Source: an uncultured Nitrospiraceae bacterium (GTDB taxonomy: Bacteria; Nitrospirota; Thermodesulfovibrionia; Thermodesulfovibrionales; SM23-35). Taken from it: a DNA stretch of 64,000 bases. A model generated the notes under the pieces. It was not told the DNA's origin. It searched no databases and was given only the letters and a program-made list of their open reading frames with translations. Below, piece by piece: positions 30,912-41,438 of the stretch. Where the stretch lies: contig CAVSHB010000004.1 in the NCBI GenBank assembly GCA_963727775.1, positions 288,001 to 352,000 of the forward strand, written 5' to 3'. Each line of letters starts with the position of its first letter. The first letter of the stretch is position 1. The translations under genes were made by a program, and so were the position numbers.

Positions 30912-31409
30912 TTATGCTTTCGGAGCAATAACCATCGTCACATGATTACCTTCCAACTTCGGTGACTGTTCTACATTAAACTTTCCGGTAAGTGATTGTG
31001 TCAGCTTAGTGAATACCTTAAGCCCGAGTTCCGGCCGTACGACTTCCCTGCCCCTGAAAAACATTGTCACTTTGGCCTTATTGCCGTCATCAAGAAAACG
31101 TCTTATGTTCTTTACCTTAAGACCGAGGTCGTGCTCTGTTATTTGAGGCCTGATCTTAATCTCCTTAACGCTCATCGTCTTTTTCTGTGCCTGTTTCTTG
31201 GTTAACTGATACCTGTATTTGCCGAAATCAAGTATCTTGCAGACCGGCGGAACGACATTCGGAGCAACTTCTACAAGGTCGAGTTCCCTTTGATCAGCTA
31301 TCTTCAGCGCCTCACTGGTAGGCAGGACCCCCAGCTGATCTCCATTCGCATCTACCACTCTTACTTCCCTGGCCCTTATCTGTTCGTTGACTCTGATATC
31401 TTTTGTTAT
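30912..31409 (-). CDS. infC: Translation initiation factor IF-3, ATA start
   Basis: SD GGAGGTG then ATA ACA AAA GAT ATC AGA GTC AAC GAA (RVNEQIRA.EVR); LDLVEVAP, PPVCKI. Confidence 0.92.
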   Translation of the reverse strand: MTKDIRVNEQIRAREVRVVDANGDQLGVLPTSEALKIADQRELDLVEVAPNVVPPVCKILDFGKYRYQLTKKQAQKKTMSVKEIKIRPQITEHDLGLKVKNIRRFLDDGNKAKVTMFFRGREVVRPELGLKVFTKLTQSLTGKFNVEQSPKLEGNHVTMVIAPKA

Positions 31410-31426
31410 ACTCTCACCTCCTGATA

Positions 31427-33178
31427 TTAGAACTCAAGACTCTTGTCGTTTATCTTGTTTCTGATTATCCCAATAAATTCATCTACTGTAAAGGGTCCCA
31501 TGTTTTCTCCTGAGCGCTTCCTCACGGTAATCCCGTTTTCCGATATTTCTTTGTCGCCTATTATAACCAAATAAGGCACCTTCATAACAGTTGCGTTTCT
31601 AATCTTATATCCGATCTTTTCATTTTCAATATTTATCTCGGCCCTTATTCCTTCAGACTTTAACTTCTCCGATATGGACAGCGCATAATCCTGGTGCCTC
31701 TCGGCAATTGTGAGGACCTCGACCTGCACGGGCGCCAGCCACAAAGGGAAAATCCCGGAATAATGCTCTATCAGTACCCCGAAAAATCTCTCCAGCGAAC
31801 CCATCAACGCCCTGTGTATCATTATCGGTCTGTGCTCTTTCCCGTCGCTCCCCCGATATTGCATATCAAACCTTTCGGGATTATTGAAATCGACCTGTAT
31901 GGTGCTGCATTGCCATGCCCTGTTCAGGGAATCTTTGACCTTAATATCAATTTTAGGGCCATAGAAAACTCCTTCTCCGGGATCTATTTCATATGAAAGC
32001 TTTTTCATTTCGAGTGCCCTTTTAAGGGCATTAGTAGACCTCTCCCAATTTTCAGGGGTCCCGACATATTTCTCAGGCTGCGTCGAAAGGTAGATATCAT
32101 AATTATCGAAACCAAAGGTCTTCAGGACAAGGATCGTAAAATCGAGGACACTCAGTATTTCGTCTTCTATCTGTTCTTCCCTGCAGAATATATGTGCGTC
32201 ATCCTGCGTAAAACCTCTTACCCGCAACAGGCCGTGCAATACGCCCGACCTTTCATATCTGTATACAGTCCCCAGTTCTGCATATCGTATCGGCAGTTCC
32301 TTGTAACTCCTCAAAGAATTCTTAAATACCTGGATATGGAAGGGACAATTCATCGGCTTAAGCTCATAATCCACCCCTTCTATCTCCATCGGCGAATACA
32401 TATTCTCTCTGTAAAAATCGAGGTGGCCGCTCCTCTGCCAAAGATTAAGCTTGGCTATATGAGGAGAATACAGAATTTTGTATCCTGACTTATAGTGCTC
32501 TTTCAGCCAGAAATCTTCTATCGTCCTCCTTATTAAGGCGCCGTTCGGATGCCAGATGATAAGTCCCGCCCCTATTTCATCATTGACACTGAAGAGATCG
32601 AGTTCTTTGCCGAGCTTCCTGTGGTCCCTCTTTTTCACTTCTTCGAGGAAATCAAGGTATTGTTTCAGGTCCTTCTTTTCAGTGAAGGACGTGCCGTATA
32701 TCCTCTGGAGCATCTTATTCTTTTCATTGCCCCGCCAGTATGCGCCTGCTATACTCAAAAGCTTGAATGCGGAGACCTGTCCCGTAGAGCCGAGGTGCGG
32801 GCCTCTGCAAAGGTCTGTAAAATCGCCTTCTTCATATAAAGAAACTTTATCGTCGGTTATCTCTTCCAGAAGTTCTACCTTATAAATCTCGCCCATTTTT
32901 CTGAACATCTCGACGGCTTCTTTTCGCGGAACAATCTTGCGCACAAAATTATTATTCCGCGCTATTATTTCCGACATTTTTTTCTCGATTATAATAAGAT
33001 CTTCAGGCGTGAAGGGTTGGCCTATTTCAAAATCATAATAGAACCCTTCTTCTATCGCGGGGCCGATGGCAAGCTTCGCTTCGGGAAAGAGCATCTTCAC
33101 AGCATGGGCCATTATGTGGGATGTGCTGTGACGGTAAGTCTCTCTGTCTTCCTTGGAATGAAAACTGATACCCTTAAT
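31427..33178 (-). CDS. thrS: Threonine-tRNA ligase lacking TGS domain, probable ATT start
   Basis: YRHSTSHIMAHAV, DLCRGPH, RDHRKLG, KPMNCP; SD GGAGG-7nt-ATT with in-frame TGA just before. Confidence 0.92.
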   Translation of the reverse strand: MKGISFHSKEDRETYRHSTSHIMAHAVKMLFPEAKLAIGPAIEEGFYYDFEIGQPFTPEDLIIIEKKMSEIIARNNNFVRKIVPRKEAVEMFRKMGEIYKVELLEEITDDKVSLYEEGDFTDLCRGPHLGSTGQVSAFKLLSIAGAYWRGNEKNKMLQRIYGTSFTEKKDLKQYLDFLEEVKKRDHRKLGKELDLFSVNDEIGAGLIIWHPNGALIRRTIEDFWLKEHYKSGYKILYSPHIAKLNLWQRSGHLDFYRENMYSPMEIEGVDYELKPMNCPFHIQVFKNSLRSYKELPIRYAELGTVYRYERSGVLHGLLRVRGFTQDDAHIFCREEQIEDEILSVLDFTILVLKTFGFDNYDIYLSTQPEKYVGTPENWERSTNALKRALEMKKLSYEIDPGEGVFYGPKIDIKVKDSLNRAWQCSTIQVDFNNPERFDMQYRGSDGKEHRPIMIHRALMGSLERFFGVLIEHYSGIFPLWLAPVQVEVLTIAERHQDYALSISEKLKSEGIRAEINIENEKIGYKIRNATVMKVPYLVIIGDKEISENGITVRKRSGENMGPFTVDEFIGIIRNKINDKSLEF

Positions 33179-33398
33179 TCAAAAACCTCCGGGGAAAAAT
33201 TACGTGGGATATTCTCACCACTTGACCACTTATATTACACATTTCATTTCTATATTTCAAAATCCTTTTGCCTTATACCTTTTATACGACCTGCAAAAAG
33301 GTAACAAGAGCATAAAATTTTACATCGTCACTATCCAGCCAGTCAAGAAAATTCGGCCTTCTTCGGTATATATTTATGTAAATGTTTTATAATAAAAC

Positions 33399-33920
33399 AT
33401 GGCTTTGCTTGAGATTAAGAAATATCCGGAAAAAGTCTTAAAGGCAAAAACTGAGGATATCGTCGATATTAATTCGCCGGTCCAGCAGTTGATAGATGAT
33501 ATGATTGAGACCATGAAATTTGCGTGTGGAGTAGGGCTCGCCGCAAACCAGGTCGGTGTCTCAAAAAAGTTATGCGTGATCGATCTCGGCGCCAGAGAAG
33601 ACAAAGTCCCGTTGATAGTATTGATCAACCCCGTTATTGCTGAAAAAGAAGGATTGGTTGAAGCCGATGAAGGATGCCTGAGTATACCAGGTTATCTGAC
33701 ATCCATTAAGAGGCCGGAGAAGGTTTTGGTAAAGGGTATCAATAGAGAGGGCAAGGACATCGAAATAGAAGGCACTGGTCTGCTTGCCAGGGCACTGCAG
33801 CATGAAATAGACCACCTTAACGGGCTTCTTTTTATCGACAGGATGAGTCCGATAAGAAGAGAGTTTTTCAAAAGGCGATACAAAAAGTTTCTGCAGGAAA
33901 AAAAGTCTCAAAATAGTTAA
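33399..33920 (+). CDS. def: Peptide deformylase
   Basis: GVGLAANQ, EGCLS, QHEIDHL. Confidence 0.97.
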   Translation: MALLEIKKYPEKVLKAKTEDIVDINSPVQQLIDDMIETMKFACGVGLAANQVGVSKKLCVIDLGAREDKVPLIVLINPVIAEKEGLVEADEGCLSIPGYLTSIKRPEKVLVKGINREGKDIEIEGTGLLARALQHEIDHLNGLLFIDRMSPIRREFFKRRYKKFLQEKKSQNS

Positions 33921-33982
33921 CAATATAACGATGAATCAAAAAATAAAATTTCCTTACAATACAATTATCATAATTTAATAAA

Positions 33983-34906
33983 ATGCGTATAGTATTTTTC
34001 GGCACGCCTCTATTTGCTGTTCCGACCTTTAGTGCACTCCTCCAATCAGATGAAAAGGTCATCGCAGTTGTCACACAGCCTGATAAACGGAAAGGAAGAG
34101 ACCGCATGCCGTCCCCTTCTCCCGTCAAAGGACTCGCTATGTTAAAAGGCATTAAGGTCCTCCAGCCGGCTAATATGAAAGACCCTGCATTCATCCAGGA
34201 ACTTTCCTTAATAGGGCCGGAAATGATCATCGTTGTGGCATATGGAAAGATACTGCCTCCGCAAATACTGAAACTTCCTCCGCGCGGATGCGTAAATGTC
34301 CATGCATCTCTCTTGCCGAAATATAGAGGGGCGGCCCCGATACAGTGGGCGCTTATTCACGGAGAAAAAACGACAGGCATAACCACAATGCTCATGGATG
34401 AAGGCCTTGACACCGGCGATATCCTGCTGCAGGCGATGACGGACATATTCGATGACGATAACGCGGACACCCTGAGTAAAAGAGTCTCGGAGATAGGCGC
34501 TTCCCTGCTTATTAAGACGATAGAAAAAATTGAAGACGGATCTCTGAACCCGGCGCCTCAGACCGGGGTCCCGAGCTACGCCCCTCCCCTTAAGACAAAG
34601 GACGGAAGAATCGACTGGACACATACTGCCGAAGATATTATTAATTTTGTGCGGGGGATGTATCCCTGGCCCTGCGCACATTGTTATTTAAATGGAGAAA
34701 GGATTAAAATTATCAGGGTTAAAATGCTTGAAGGTACTGGCAAAGCCGGCAGGATTGAGGAAGCCGGAGAGGAACTTATCGTGGGTACCGGCGAAAAATT
34801 AATCTCTGTGCTTGAGCTTCAGCCTGAAGGTAAAAAGCTGATGTCCGCCAGAGACTTCCTCCGTGGAAAAAGATTGCAAAAGGGCATTTTTTTCGATGGG
34901 CCGTAA
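33983..34906 (+). CDS. fmt: Methionyl-tRNA formyltransferase
   Basis: FFGTP.FA, NVHASLLPKYRGAAP, DTGD. Confidence 0.97.
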   Translation: MRIVFFGTPLFAVPTFSALLQSDEKVIAVVTQPDKRKGRDRMPSPSPVKGLAMLKGIKVLQPANMKDPAFIQELSLIGPEMIIVVAYGKILPPQILKLPPRGCVNVHASLLPKYRGAAPIQWALIHGEKTTGITTMLMDEGLDTGDILLQAMTDIFDDDNADTLSKRVSEIGASLLIKTIEKIEDGSLNPAPQTGVPSYAPPLKTKDGRIDWTHTAEDIINFVRGMYPWPCAHCYLNGERIKIIRVKMLEGTGKAGRIEEAGEELIVGTGEKLISVLELQPEGKKLMSARDFLRGKRLQKGIFFDGP

Positions 34907-35435
34907 GTGGATCAGGGGTATTACCCTTAAAATACTATATCCCTTTCTAATGTCTGTAGGATCTTTACGGAAAAACAAGAAAGAGACTTACCAGAGGTTT
35001 ATCATTGACCTCAATAATAAGCTGGTCAAAAGAGAGAAGCCTGATGTAAAAAAGATACTCCTTCTCCTGCCGCACTGCATTCAGATAAATGACTGCGATA
35101 TCAGGCTTACTTATAACATAAATAATTGTAAAAGATGCGGGAAATGCGGGATCAGGGACTTAATCCAGATTACGGAAGAAAACCATATAACCCTTTTTGT
35201 CGCAACAGGAGGTTCTCTTGCACGGAGGATCATCAGTGATGTAAAGCCGGAGGCAGTGGTCGCGGTGGCCTGCGAAAATGACCTGAGCGGCGGGATCGTC
35301 GATACATATCCTTTACCGATACTGGGGATAATAAACGACCGACCCTTCGGGCCATGCGTTAACACCAGAGTTGACTTATCCAAAGTAAGAAAAGCAATAG
35401 AATTTTTTGGTAAGATTGATAAATCTCAAGTATGA
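34896..35435 (+). CDS. DUF116 family Cys-rich protein
   Basis: LLLPHC, C..CGKC, ATGG, AVAC..DL, GPC.NT. Confidence 0.8.
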   Translation: MGRKWIRGITLKILYPFLMSVGSLRKNKKETYQRFIIDLNNKLVKREKPDVKKILLLLPHCIQINDCDIRLTYNINNCKRCGKCGIRDLIQITEENHITLFVATGGSLARRIISDVKPEAVVAVACENDLSGGIVDTYPLPILGIINDRPFGPCVNTRVDLSKVRKAIEFFGKIDKSQV

Positions 35436-35459
35436 TTTTGAAGAACCCTTAATAAAAAA

Positions 35460-36173
35460 ATGATCAACCAACGTGGAAATGTGCATAAAGAATTGAGCGG
35501 CTTCATAAAGTTCCCGCTCTATATATTTGCGTTTTTGCTGTTGGGGTTGATCTTCGGGTATCTAACGTTCATGGGCCTGAGTTTCACACGAACAGTTGAG
35601 GTGCCGGACCTCCACGGAAAAAGTCTTCTTGAGTCGAACAAACTCCTTGCAAATAACAGTCTGTATCTTAAGATTGAAGGAGAAGATTATGATCCTGCTG
35701 TTCCGCCCGGCATAATACTCAGACAGGACATCCCTGCCGGAAATAAAGTCAAGGAGCACAGGGGCATAAAAGTCGTAATCAGCAAAGGTCCAAGGGTAAA
35801 ATCGGTCCCCATGCTTGTCAATGAAACACTTACAAACGCGGAATCCTTATTGCTACAGCAAGGACTGAAAATGACAAAAGTCATAACAGTGCATTCAGAC
35901 GCGGTTGAAAAGGACAAAATTATCGCCCAAAAACCCGGACCCGACGAACAGGTGAGCGACACTATCACGGTGCTCGTCAGCAGAGGACCTTATGATAAAG
36001 TCTATTTCTGTCCTGACTTCAAGGGAATGCCTTTGGATGAGGCGACCGTTCTCATCAAGAAAATGGGAATGGAACTCGAAATGGAGGGCTCAGGAGAAAA
36101 AGTAGAAAGTCAAAAACCGGACCCGGGAAAACAGATAAAGACCGGAGACAAAATCCACTTGAAGCTTTCCTGA
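35460..36173 (+). CDS. PASTA domain protein
   Basis: TM helix plus three VPD/VPM/CPD...Q.P.G repeats. Confidence 0.88.
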   Translation: MINQRGNVHKELSGFIKFPLYIFAFLLLGLIFGYLTFMGLSFTRTVEVPDLHGKSLLESNKLLANNSLYLKIEGEDYDPAVPPGIILRQDIPAGNKVKEHRGIKVVISKGPRVKSVPMLVNETLTNAESLLLQQGLKMTKVITVHSDAVEKDKIIAQKPGPDEQVSDTITVLVSRGPYDKVYFCPDFKGMPLDEATVLIKKMGMELEMEGSGEKVESQKPDPGKQIKTGDKIHLKLS

Positions 36174-36216
36174 ATTTATTTTTATTATATGTATTCTGTA
36201 CAATAATACTTACACC

Positions 36217-36876
36217 ATGGTAAAAATAGCACCTTCAATACTTTCTGCAAATTTTTTAAAGCTCGGTGAGGAAATAAAAGCAGCCGAGGCTGCAGGGGCC
36301 GATATGCTCCATATCGATATTATGGATGGGCATTTCGTGCCCAATCTGACCATCGGCCCCTTCATAGTGGAGTCCATCCGCAAGGCGACCTCTTTACCTC
36401 TGGATGTTCATCTTATGATCGAGGACCCGGATAAATATCTCGCAGACTTTATAAGCGCGGGGGCCGACTACCTTACAGTGCATTATGAGGCAACAGTCCA
36501 TCTGCACAGGACTGTACAGTGTATAAAGGAAAACGGCGCAAAGGCCGGTGTTTCTCTGAATCCTGCGACCCCTTTATGGAGTCTCGAAGATATTTTGCAG
36601 GACACCGACACAGTTCTTCTGATGTCTGTAAACCCGGGATTTGGAGGGCAGCAATTTATCACTCAGTCTTTGGAGAAAATAAAGATTTTGAAAAAACTCA
36701 TCGGAGAGAAAGGATTTTCAACCGTCATTGAGGTTGACGGCGGAGTAAAACTCAATAATGCAGCGGACATTATTTCCGCCGGGGCGGAGATACTTGTGAT
36801 GGGGTCCGCCTTCTTTAATTCTAAAAATTATGCAACACTCGTTAAAGACTTCAGAAAAATTGCCGGAAATAGATAG
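36217..36876 (+). CDS. rpe: Ribulose-phosphate 3-epimerase
   Basis: HIDIMDGHFVPN, DVHLM, MSVNPGFGGQ, VDGG. Confidence 0.97.
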   Translation: MVKIAPSILSANFLKLGEEIKAAEAAGADMLHIDIMDGHFVPNLTIGPFIVESIRKATSLPLDVHLMIEDPDKYLADFISAGADYLTVHYEATVHLHRTVQCIKENGAKAGVSLNPATPLWSLEDILQDTDTVLLMSVNPGFGGQQFITQSLEKIKILKKLIGEKGFSTVIEVDGGVKLNNAADIISAGAEILVMGSAFFNSKNYATLVKDFRKIAGNR

Positions 36877-37939
36877 CGCCTTTCACCGCGCTGAAAAGCT
36901 TAGAGAAAAGTCATTTTATCTACAGGCCCTCAGACTTTTCAGAAAGGCTCTGCAGGGATATGCCTCAATCCATAATCATGAAGGCGTATACAACTGCCTG
37001 CTTTCACTTGGAGACACTTACCGGATGGTGGGCAGTTTTGATCTTGCCGTGCAAAGCTATACGGAAGCTATAGACATTGCAGGCGCATTCAAGTCTGCAG
37101 TTAAGGCTGCCGACGCCAAAGTCGGGTTGGGACTTTCACTCAGGGCGCAGGGCAAATGGAAAGAAGCTTTAAAGCTTATCCGGCAGTCAAAAAATATTTA
37201 CAGGAAAAAACAGGACATGCAGGGCGTTGCTTTCACTCTATGGGCTGAAGCAGGGGCGCTGAGAATAAAAGGAGACATTCCAGGAGCAATCACTACATAC
37301 AAACAATCCTATGAGATATTTAAAAACTTGAAAGACAATCAGGGGGTCGGTTATTGTCTCTGCGGTCTCGGCGGAGCATCCCGCATCGCAGGCCTTTTTA
37401 AAGATTCCCTTAAATATTATCTCTCCGCGAACAGGCTCTTCTCTAAAACGGGGGACACTTTCGGGACGGCCTACTCATATTGCGGGATCGGAAATGCTTA
37501 CAGGATGCTCCGGGATTTCAGGAATGCCTTTGACCACTTCGCAAAGGCTATCAGGATATATAAGAAAATTGGAGATAAAGTAAGTTTCGCATATACTCTA
37601 TGGGGCCTGAGTACGGCATATAAAATGGTAGGCAAATTAGAAGTTTCTCATGATCACCTTCTGAAGGCAATGGCACTCTTTAAAATGACAAAAGATCCGA
37701 GGGGCGTGATTTATTGCAGACTCGGGCTCGGAGAAATTGCCCTGATCAAAGGCAGGAAGGCCGTTGCGCAGAGGCATCTTTCCACCGCACAAACAGGGTT
37801 GAACGAATATAATTTCGCAGTGGAGAAATGCTTTGCAAAAACACTCATATCTTCTATCAGCGGAGAATTTGATAATACATGTTATAATCGGCTTGGGCTA
37901 AAACTCTCTTTTCAGGAATTGCCCTTGAATATCCCGTAA
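36830..37939 (+). CDS. Tetratricopeptide repeat protein
   Basis: About 40-aa helical repeats (G.AY...GLG..YR); true start possibly TTG 36860. Confidence 0.85.
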   Translation: MQHSLKTSEKLPEIDSAFHRAEKLREKSFYLQALRLFRKALQGYASIHNHEGVYNCLLSLGDTYRMVGSFDLAVQSYTEAIDIAGAFKSAVKAADAKVGLGLSLRAQGKWKEALKLIRQSKNIYRKKQDMQGVAFTLWAEAGALRIKGDIPGAITTYKQSYEIFKNLKDNQGVGYCLCGLGGASRIAGLFKDSLKYYLSANRLFSKTGDTFGTAYSYCGIGNAYRMLRDFRNAFDHFAKAIRIYKKIGDKVSFAYTLWGLSTAYKMVGKLEVSHDHLLKAMALFKMTKDPRGVIYCRLGLGEIALIKGRKAVAQRHLSTAQTGLNEYNFAVEKCFAKTLISSISGEFDNTCYNRLGLKLSFQELPLNIP

Positions 37940-38063
37940 TACTTTTTGGATAATTTGCAGTGAAGATAAATTTCTCAATACTGAATTCTAAACAACTCAC
38001 TGATAAGCGTTTTGGATTTGGATATTGCGGTCTGAGTTCTATTAAAAATTGGGGGGATTAACT

Positions 38064-38600
38064 GTGGGGGTATTGAATATACCCAACACACTCACGCTAA
38101 CAAGGATAGTCATCATTCCCGTATTCGTTACTTCGATACTCTACAGACGCTATGACTATTCGCTATATCTGTTCATAACCGCCGCGTTAACGGATATGTT
38201 CGACGGTCTTTTTGCGCGCCTCAAAAATCAGAAGACTGCACTGGGAACATTTCTCGACCCTTTGGCGGATAAATTCCTGCTTGTTACGGGATTTATTATA
38301 TTGTCCATTAACGGTTGGATACCCAAATGGCTCACCATAATGGTTATAAGCAGGGATATCATCGTCATCATTGGCTGGTTTCTCCTTTATCTCATTTACG
38401 GCAGGTCCAAGGTCGAACCGTCAGCTCTCGGCAAGATTGCCATCTTAATGCAGAGCTTACTCATCGCCTATGTCCTTTTAAATATAAATAACTTTTTGCC
38501 CGTTATCCCGCGTATTTTTCTATCGGCAACAGCGGGAATTACTATATTGTCCGGGCTTCATTACATATACAAGGGGTTGAACCTAACGCATGCAGACTGA
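38064..38600 (+). CDS. CDP-alcohol phosphatidyltransferase
   Basis: NIPN.LT..R, D.FDG..AR......G..LDPLADK. Confidence 0.9.
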   Translation: MGVLNIPNTLTLTRIVIIPVFVTSILYRRYDYSLYLFITAALTDMFDGLFARLKNQKTALGTFLDPLADKFLLVTGFIILSINGWIPKWLTIMVISRDIIVIIGWFLLYLIYGRSKVEPSALGKIAILMQSLLIAYVLLNINNFLPVIPRIFLSATAGITILSGLHYIYKGLNLTHAD

Positions 38601-39882
38601 ACACGGGTTAAAGATAGACATTATTCATCAGGGAAGTCCCGCTGAAAAATCCGGCCTTATCCCCGGGGATATACTCCTCTCCATAAACGCTCATAAACTG
38701 CGTGACGTTCTTGACTTCTTTTTTTACAGCGCCGATGATGAGCTTTCTTTGAAGGTAAAGCGCGCTGAAAACATTTTTACTGTCCAGATACCGGGGACAA
38801 ACAGGAAAAAATTGGGAATTGAATTTAAACCGGTTAAGGTTATGACCTGTAAAAACAATTGCATATTCTGTTTTGTAAAGCAGCTTCCGAAAGGGTTAAG
38901 AAAAACGCTGTATGTAAAAGACGAGGACTACAGATTGTCCTTCCTGTACGGAAACTACATTACATTGTCGAACCTGAGCAGGGAAGACAAGAAACGTATC
39001 GTCGAACAGAGGTTAAGCCCGCTCTATATTTCGGTCCATTCGACAAACAGGACATTAAGGAACAAGCTCCTTGGAAATGCAAAAGGACCTGACATCCTGA
39101 AGGAACTTAAGTTCCTGACGGATAATAAGGTAAGGTTTAATGCCCAGGTCGTCCTTTGTCCCGGTTACAACGACGGGAAGGAATTACAACAGACCATCAG
39201 CAATCTTTACAGGTTTCATCCCTATGTTTTGTCCATCGCGGTCGTGCCTGTCGGCCTTACAATATACAGGAAAAATACCGTCCGGTCCGTTGAGAAAGCG
39301 GACGCTGAAAGCGCAATTCGCATTATAGAATCATTCCAGAAAAGATTCATAAAGAAGCACGGGAATCCGATTGTATATGGGGCGGATGAACTCTATCTGA
39401 AGGCAGAGCTTCCCTTGCCTCCTTTGAAGGCATATGGAGAACTCCACCAGATAGAAAATGGAGTCGGCATGGTCCCGCTTTTCATGAGCCAGGCAAAAAA
39501 AATAAAGTCTTTAAAGATGTCCTCGGGGAAAATGAGAGCTCTCACCTTTACCGGCTTATCGTTTTATCCATTTCTGATAAAATTTATTGAAAGGCTTTCC
39601 GACAAAGAAACCCCTGCTGTCGATTTGGTACCTGTCGAGAACAAATTTTTCGGGTCCCCCATTACTGTCGCGGGTCTTCTCACGGGAAGAGACGTAATAA
39701 AAACCGTACTGGACAGGACAGAAGGACATGAAACGATACTTGTTCCTGATGTCGTCCTTAATGAGGAAGACAGGTTCCTGGATGATATCAGTTTAAGCGA
39801 TGTGGGAGATGCGCTCGGCATTCGCGCCATGAAAATCGCATCAACTCCGGAGGGACTGATAAAAGGCCTTGCAGGGGCATGA
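38590..39882 (+). CDS. PDZ + radical-SAM-like DUF512 protein
   Basis: CKNNCIFC, KDEDYRLSFL.GNY, CPG.NDG, ENGVG. Confidence 0.88.
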   Translation: MQTEHGLKIDIIHQGSPAEKSGLIPGDILLSINAHKLRDVLDFFFYSADDELSLKVKRAENIFTVQIPGTNRKKLGIEFKPVKVMTCKNNCIFCFVKQLPKGLRKTLYVKDEDYRLSFLYGNYITLSNLSREDKKRIVEQRLSPLYISVHSTNRTLRNKLLGNAKGPDILKELKFLTDNKVRFNAQVVLCPGYNDGKELQQTISNLYRFHPYVLSIAVVPVGLTIYRKNTVRSVEKADAESAIRIIESFQKRFIKKHGNPIVYGADELYLKAELPLPPLKAYGELHQIENGVGMVPLFMSQAKKIKSLKMSSGKMRALTFTGLSFYPFLIKFIERLSDKETPAVDLVPVENKFFGSPITVAGLLTGRDVIKTVLDRTEGHETILVPDVVLNEEDRFLDDISLSDVGDALGIRAMKIASTPEGLIKGLAGA

Positions 39883-39906
39883 TAAGACATGAAATACATT
39901 AAACTG

Positions 39907-41387
39907 TGTTAGCAATTTTTTAAAAGTGAACTCTTTAAGAATTAAAAGTGAACCCTTGTTAAAGGACGGAATAGGAAGGAAATGAACGAAGTGAAAGAGT
40001 GCGTTTTTCACTTCGTTCATTTTTGCTTTACCATATCGGCAAATTCAAATCCTTATTTTTAGCTCGTTGGACGTCAACGAGGTGGCCGTTGCACCAGAAT
40101 CTGACTTCAGAGAGAATCTTGTTCATGGGATAAATGCGGATATTCACCTTTTCACCTGGGGTAACATGATTAATTTTCAGGACCAGGTTATTGATGGATA
40201 TTCTACGGTGAGAATCAACAGTTCTGTTAAGCCTTAGACAAAATATATCTTTGGGGGATTGATAGGGAGGGATAACTTTGAACCGTCTAAAAAGGGACGT
40301 ACCTTCTTTTAATGCTTTTTGGAATCTGAAATATGGGACTTCCTGAATTGTGGAATGTACCTGACGGTAATTATATCTGTGGATTTCCTGATTGAGTATA
40401 GTTTGCGCTCGACTTATATCAGCCACATCTTCTCTGACACATGTTCTGACAAGTCTATCTTGGAGCCATTGATAAGGCCGTTCAATCTTCCCTTTTGCTT
40501 GGAGAGATAATGCATAGATGATTTTTACGTTGCAGTCATATAGAACCTGCTTCCATTGAGGGTCTGCTTCATCAGTTATCTTATGATGCTTGCGCCAGAA
40601 AGAGTCTCTGCCCTGCACAAACCGGAAGATAGAGTGTGAATCAACATAATAGGAGAAGGGTAAGCCGTGTGTAAGGATCAGGCTTTCCAGAGCGAGGATA
40701 TGTGCCCACGAGGTTTCCTTCTTCAGCAATTTTGCGTAGAGGATATAACGGCTGTAATCATCCAGAGAAGTGATCAAATACCATTTCTCTTGCGCGTTCG
40801 GTGCCCAAAGGTGATAGGAGGAATCATGCTGGATCAATTCCCCGGCATAGTTGGTCAATACTTCCCGGTCATGAACGGTTCTTTTTGGCTTCCTCAGATA
40901 AAAGTCGTTCTTCTTGGCTCTGTCAATGATCGTAGATAGAGCCACCGTCTGCTTATATTGCCTTTCCAGACGATCTTTGATATAGCTGTAGTTGTAAGAG
41001 CGGACGGGTACATCTTTGTCCTCTATCAACTTCTTCTCAATTACTAATTCTTTTAAAATATTGAATTCTACCGCTTCGGGTATCGCTCGGGTTTTGCCTT
41101 TCCGTACATACTGTATCGTGAATGCGGAAGGATTATAACGATATGCTTTTACTAAAGCAAAGAACCTTGTTTTGTTAATCCCAAGAATCTCTTGGAGATA
41201 TTTTCTCCCTACCTCTTCCCTTAGATATTTCTCGATCAGTTCCTTGACTTGTTCATCGGTGAACTTCCTGTGTAACTGTGTCAAAATACGAGCCTCCTTT
41301 TTTGATGCTCATATTACACTTTCTCAGGTGTTCACTTTTAATTCATAAATTCGATTATAACGGTTCACTTTTAATTCGTAACTGACA
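39907..41387 (-). mobile_element. IS1202-family (ISTde1-like) insertion sequence
   Basis: TGT...ACA ends, internal AAAAGTGAAC repeats at both ends, 16-bp direct repeat GAAATACATTAAACTG (39891-39906; 41388-41403). Confidence 0.85.
40028..41284 (-). CDS. DDE (rve-type) transposase
   Basis: GELIQHDSS.H.W, LDDYS, YVD.HSIF, QAKGKIER..QDRL. Confidence 0.9.
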   Translation of the reverse strand: MTQLHRKFTDEQVKELIEKYLREEVGRKYLQEILGINKTRFFALVKAYRYNPSAFTIQYVRKGKTRAIPEAVEFNILKELVIEKKLIEDKDVPVRSYNYSYIKDRLERQYKQTVALSTIIDRAKKNDFYLRKPKRTVHDREVLTNYAGELIQHDSSYHLWAPNAQEKWYLITSLDDYSRYILYAKLLKKETSWAHILALESLILTHGLPFSYYVDSHSIFRFVQGRDSFWRKHHKITDEADPQWKQVLYDCNVKIIYALSLQAKGKIERPYQWLQDRLVRTCVREDVADISRAQTILNQEIHRYNYRQVHSTIQEVPYFRFQKALKEGTSLFRRFKVIPPYQSPKDIFCLRLNRTVDSHRRISINNLVLKINHVTPGEKVNIRIYPMNKILSEVRFWCNGHLVDVQRAKNKDLNLPIW

Positions 41388-41438
41388 GAAATACATTAAA
41401 CTGTTGACAGTCTTCATATTACATGATAAGATTTTTAT

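Noticed and set aside
33179..33181. In-frame TGA before thrS as selenocysteine or readthrough site
   Set aside because: Upstream sequence is an SD and promoter with no TGS-like coding; an ATT start is simpler
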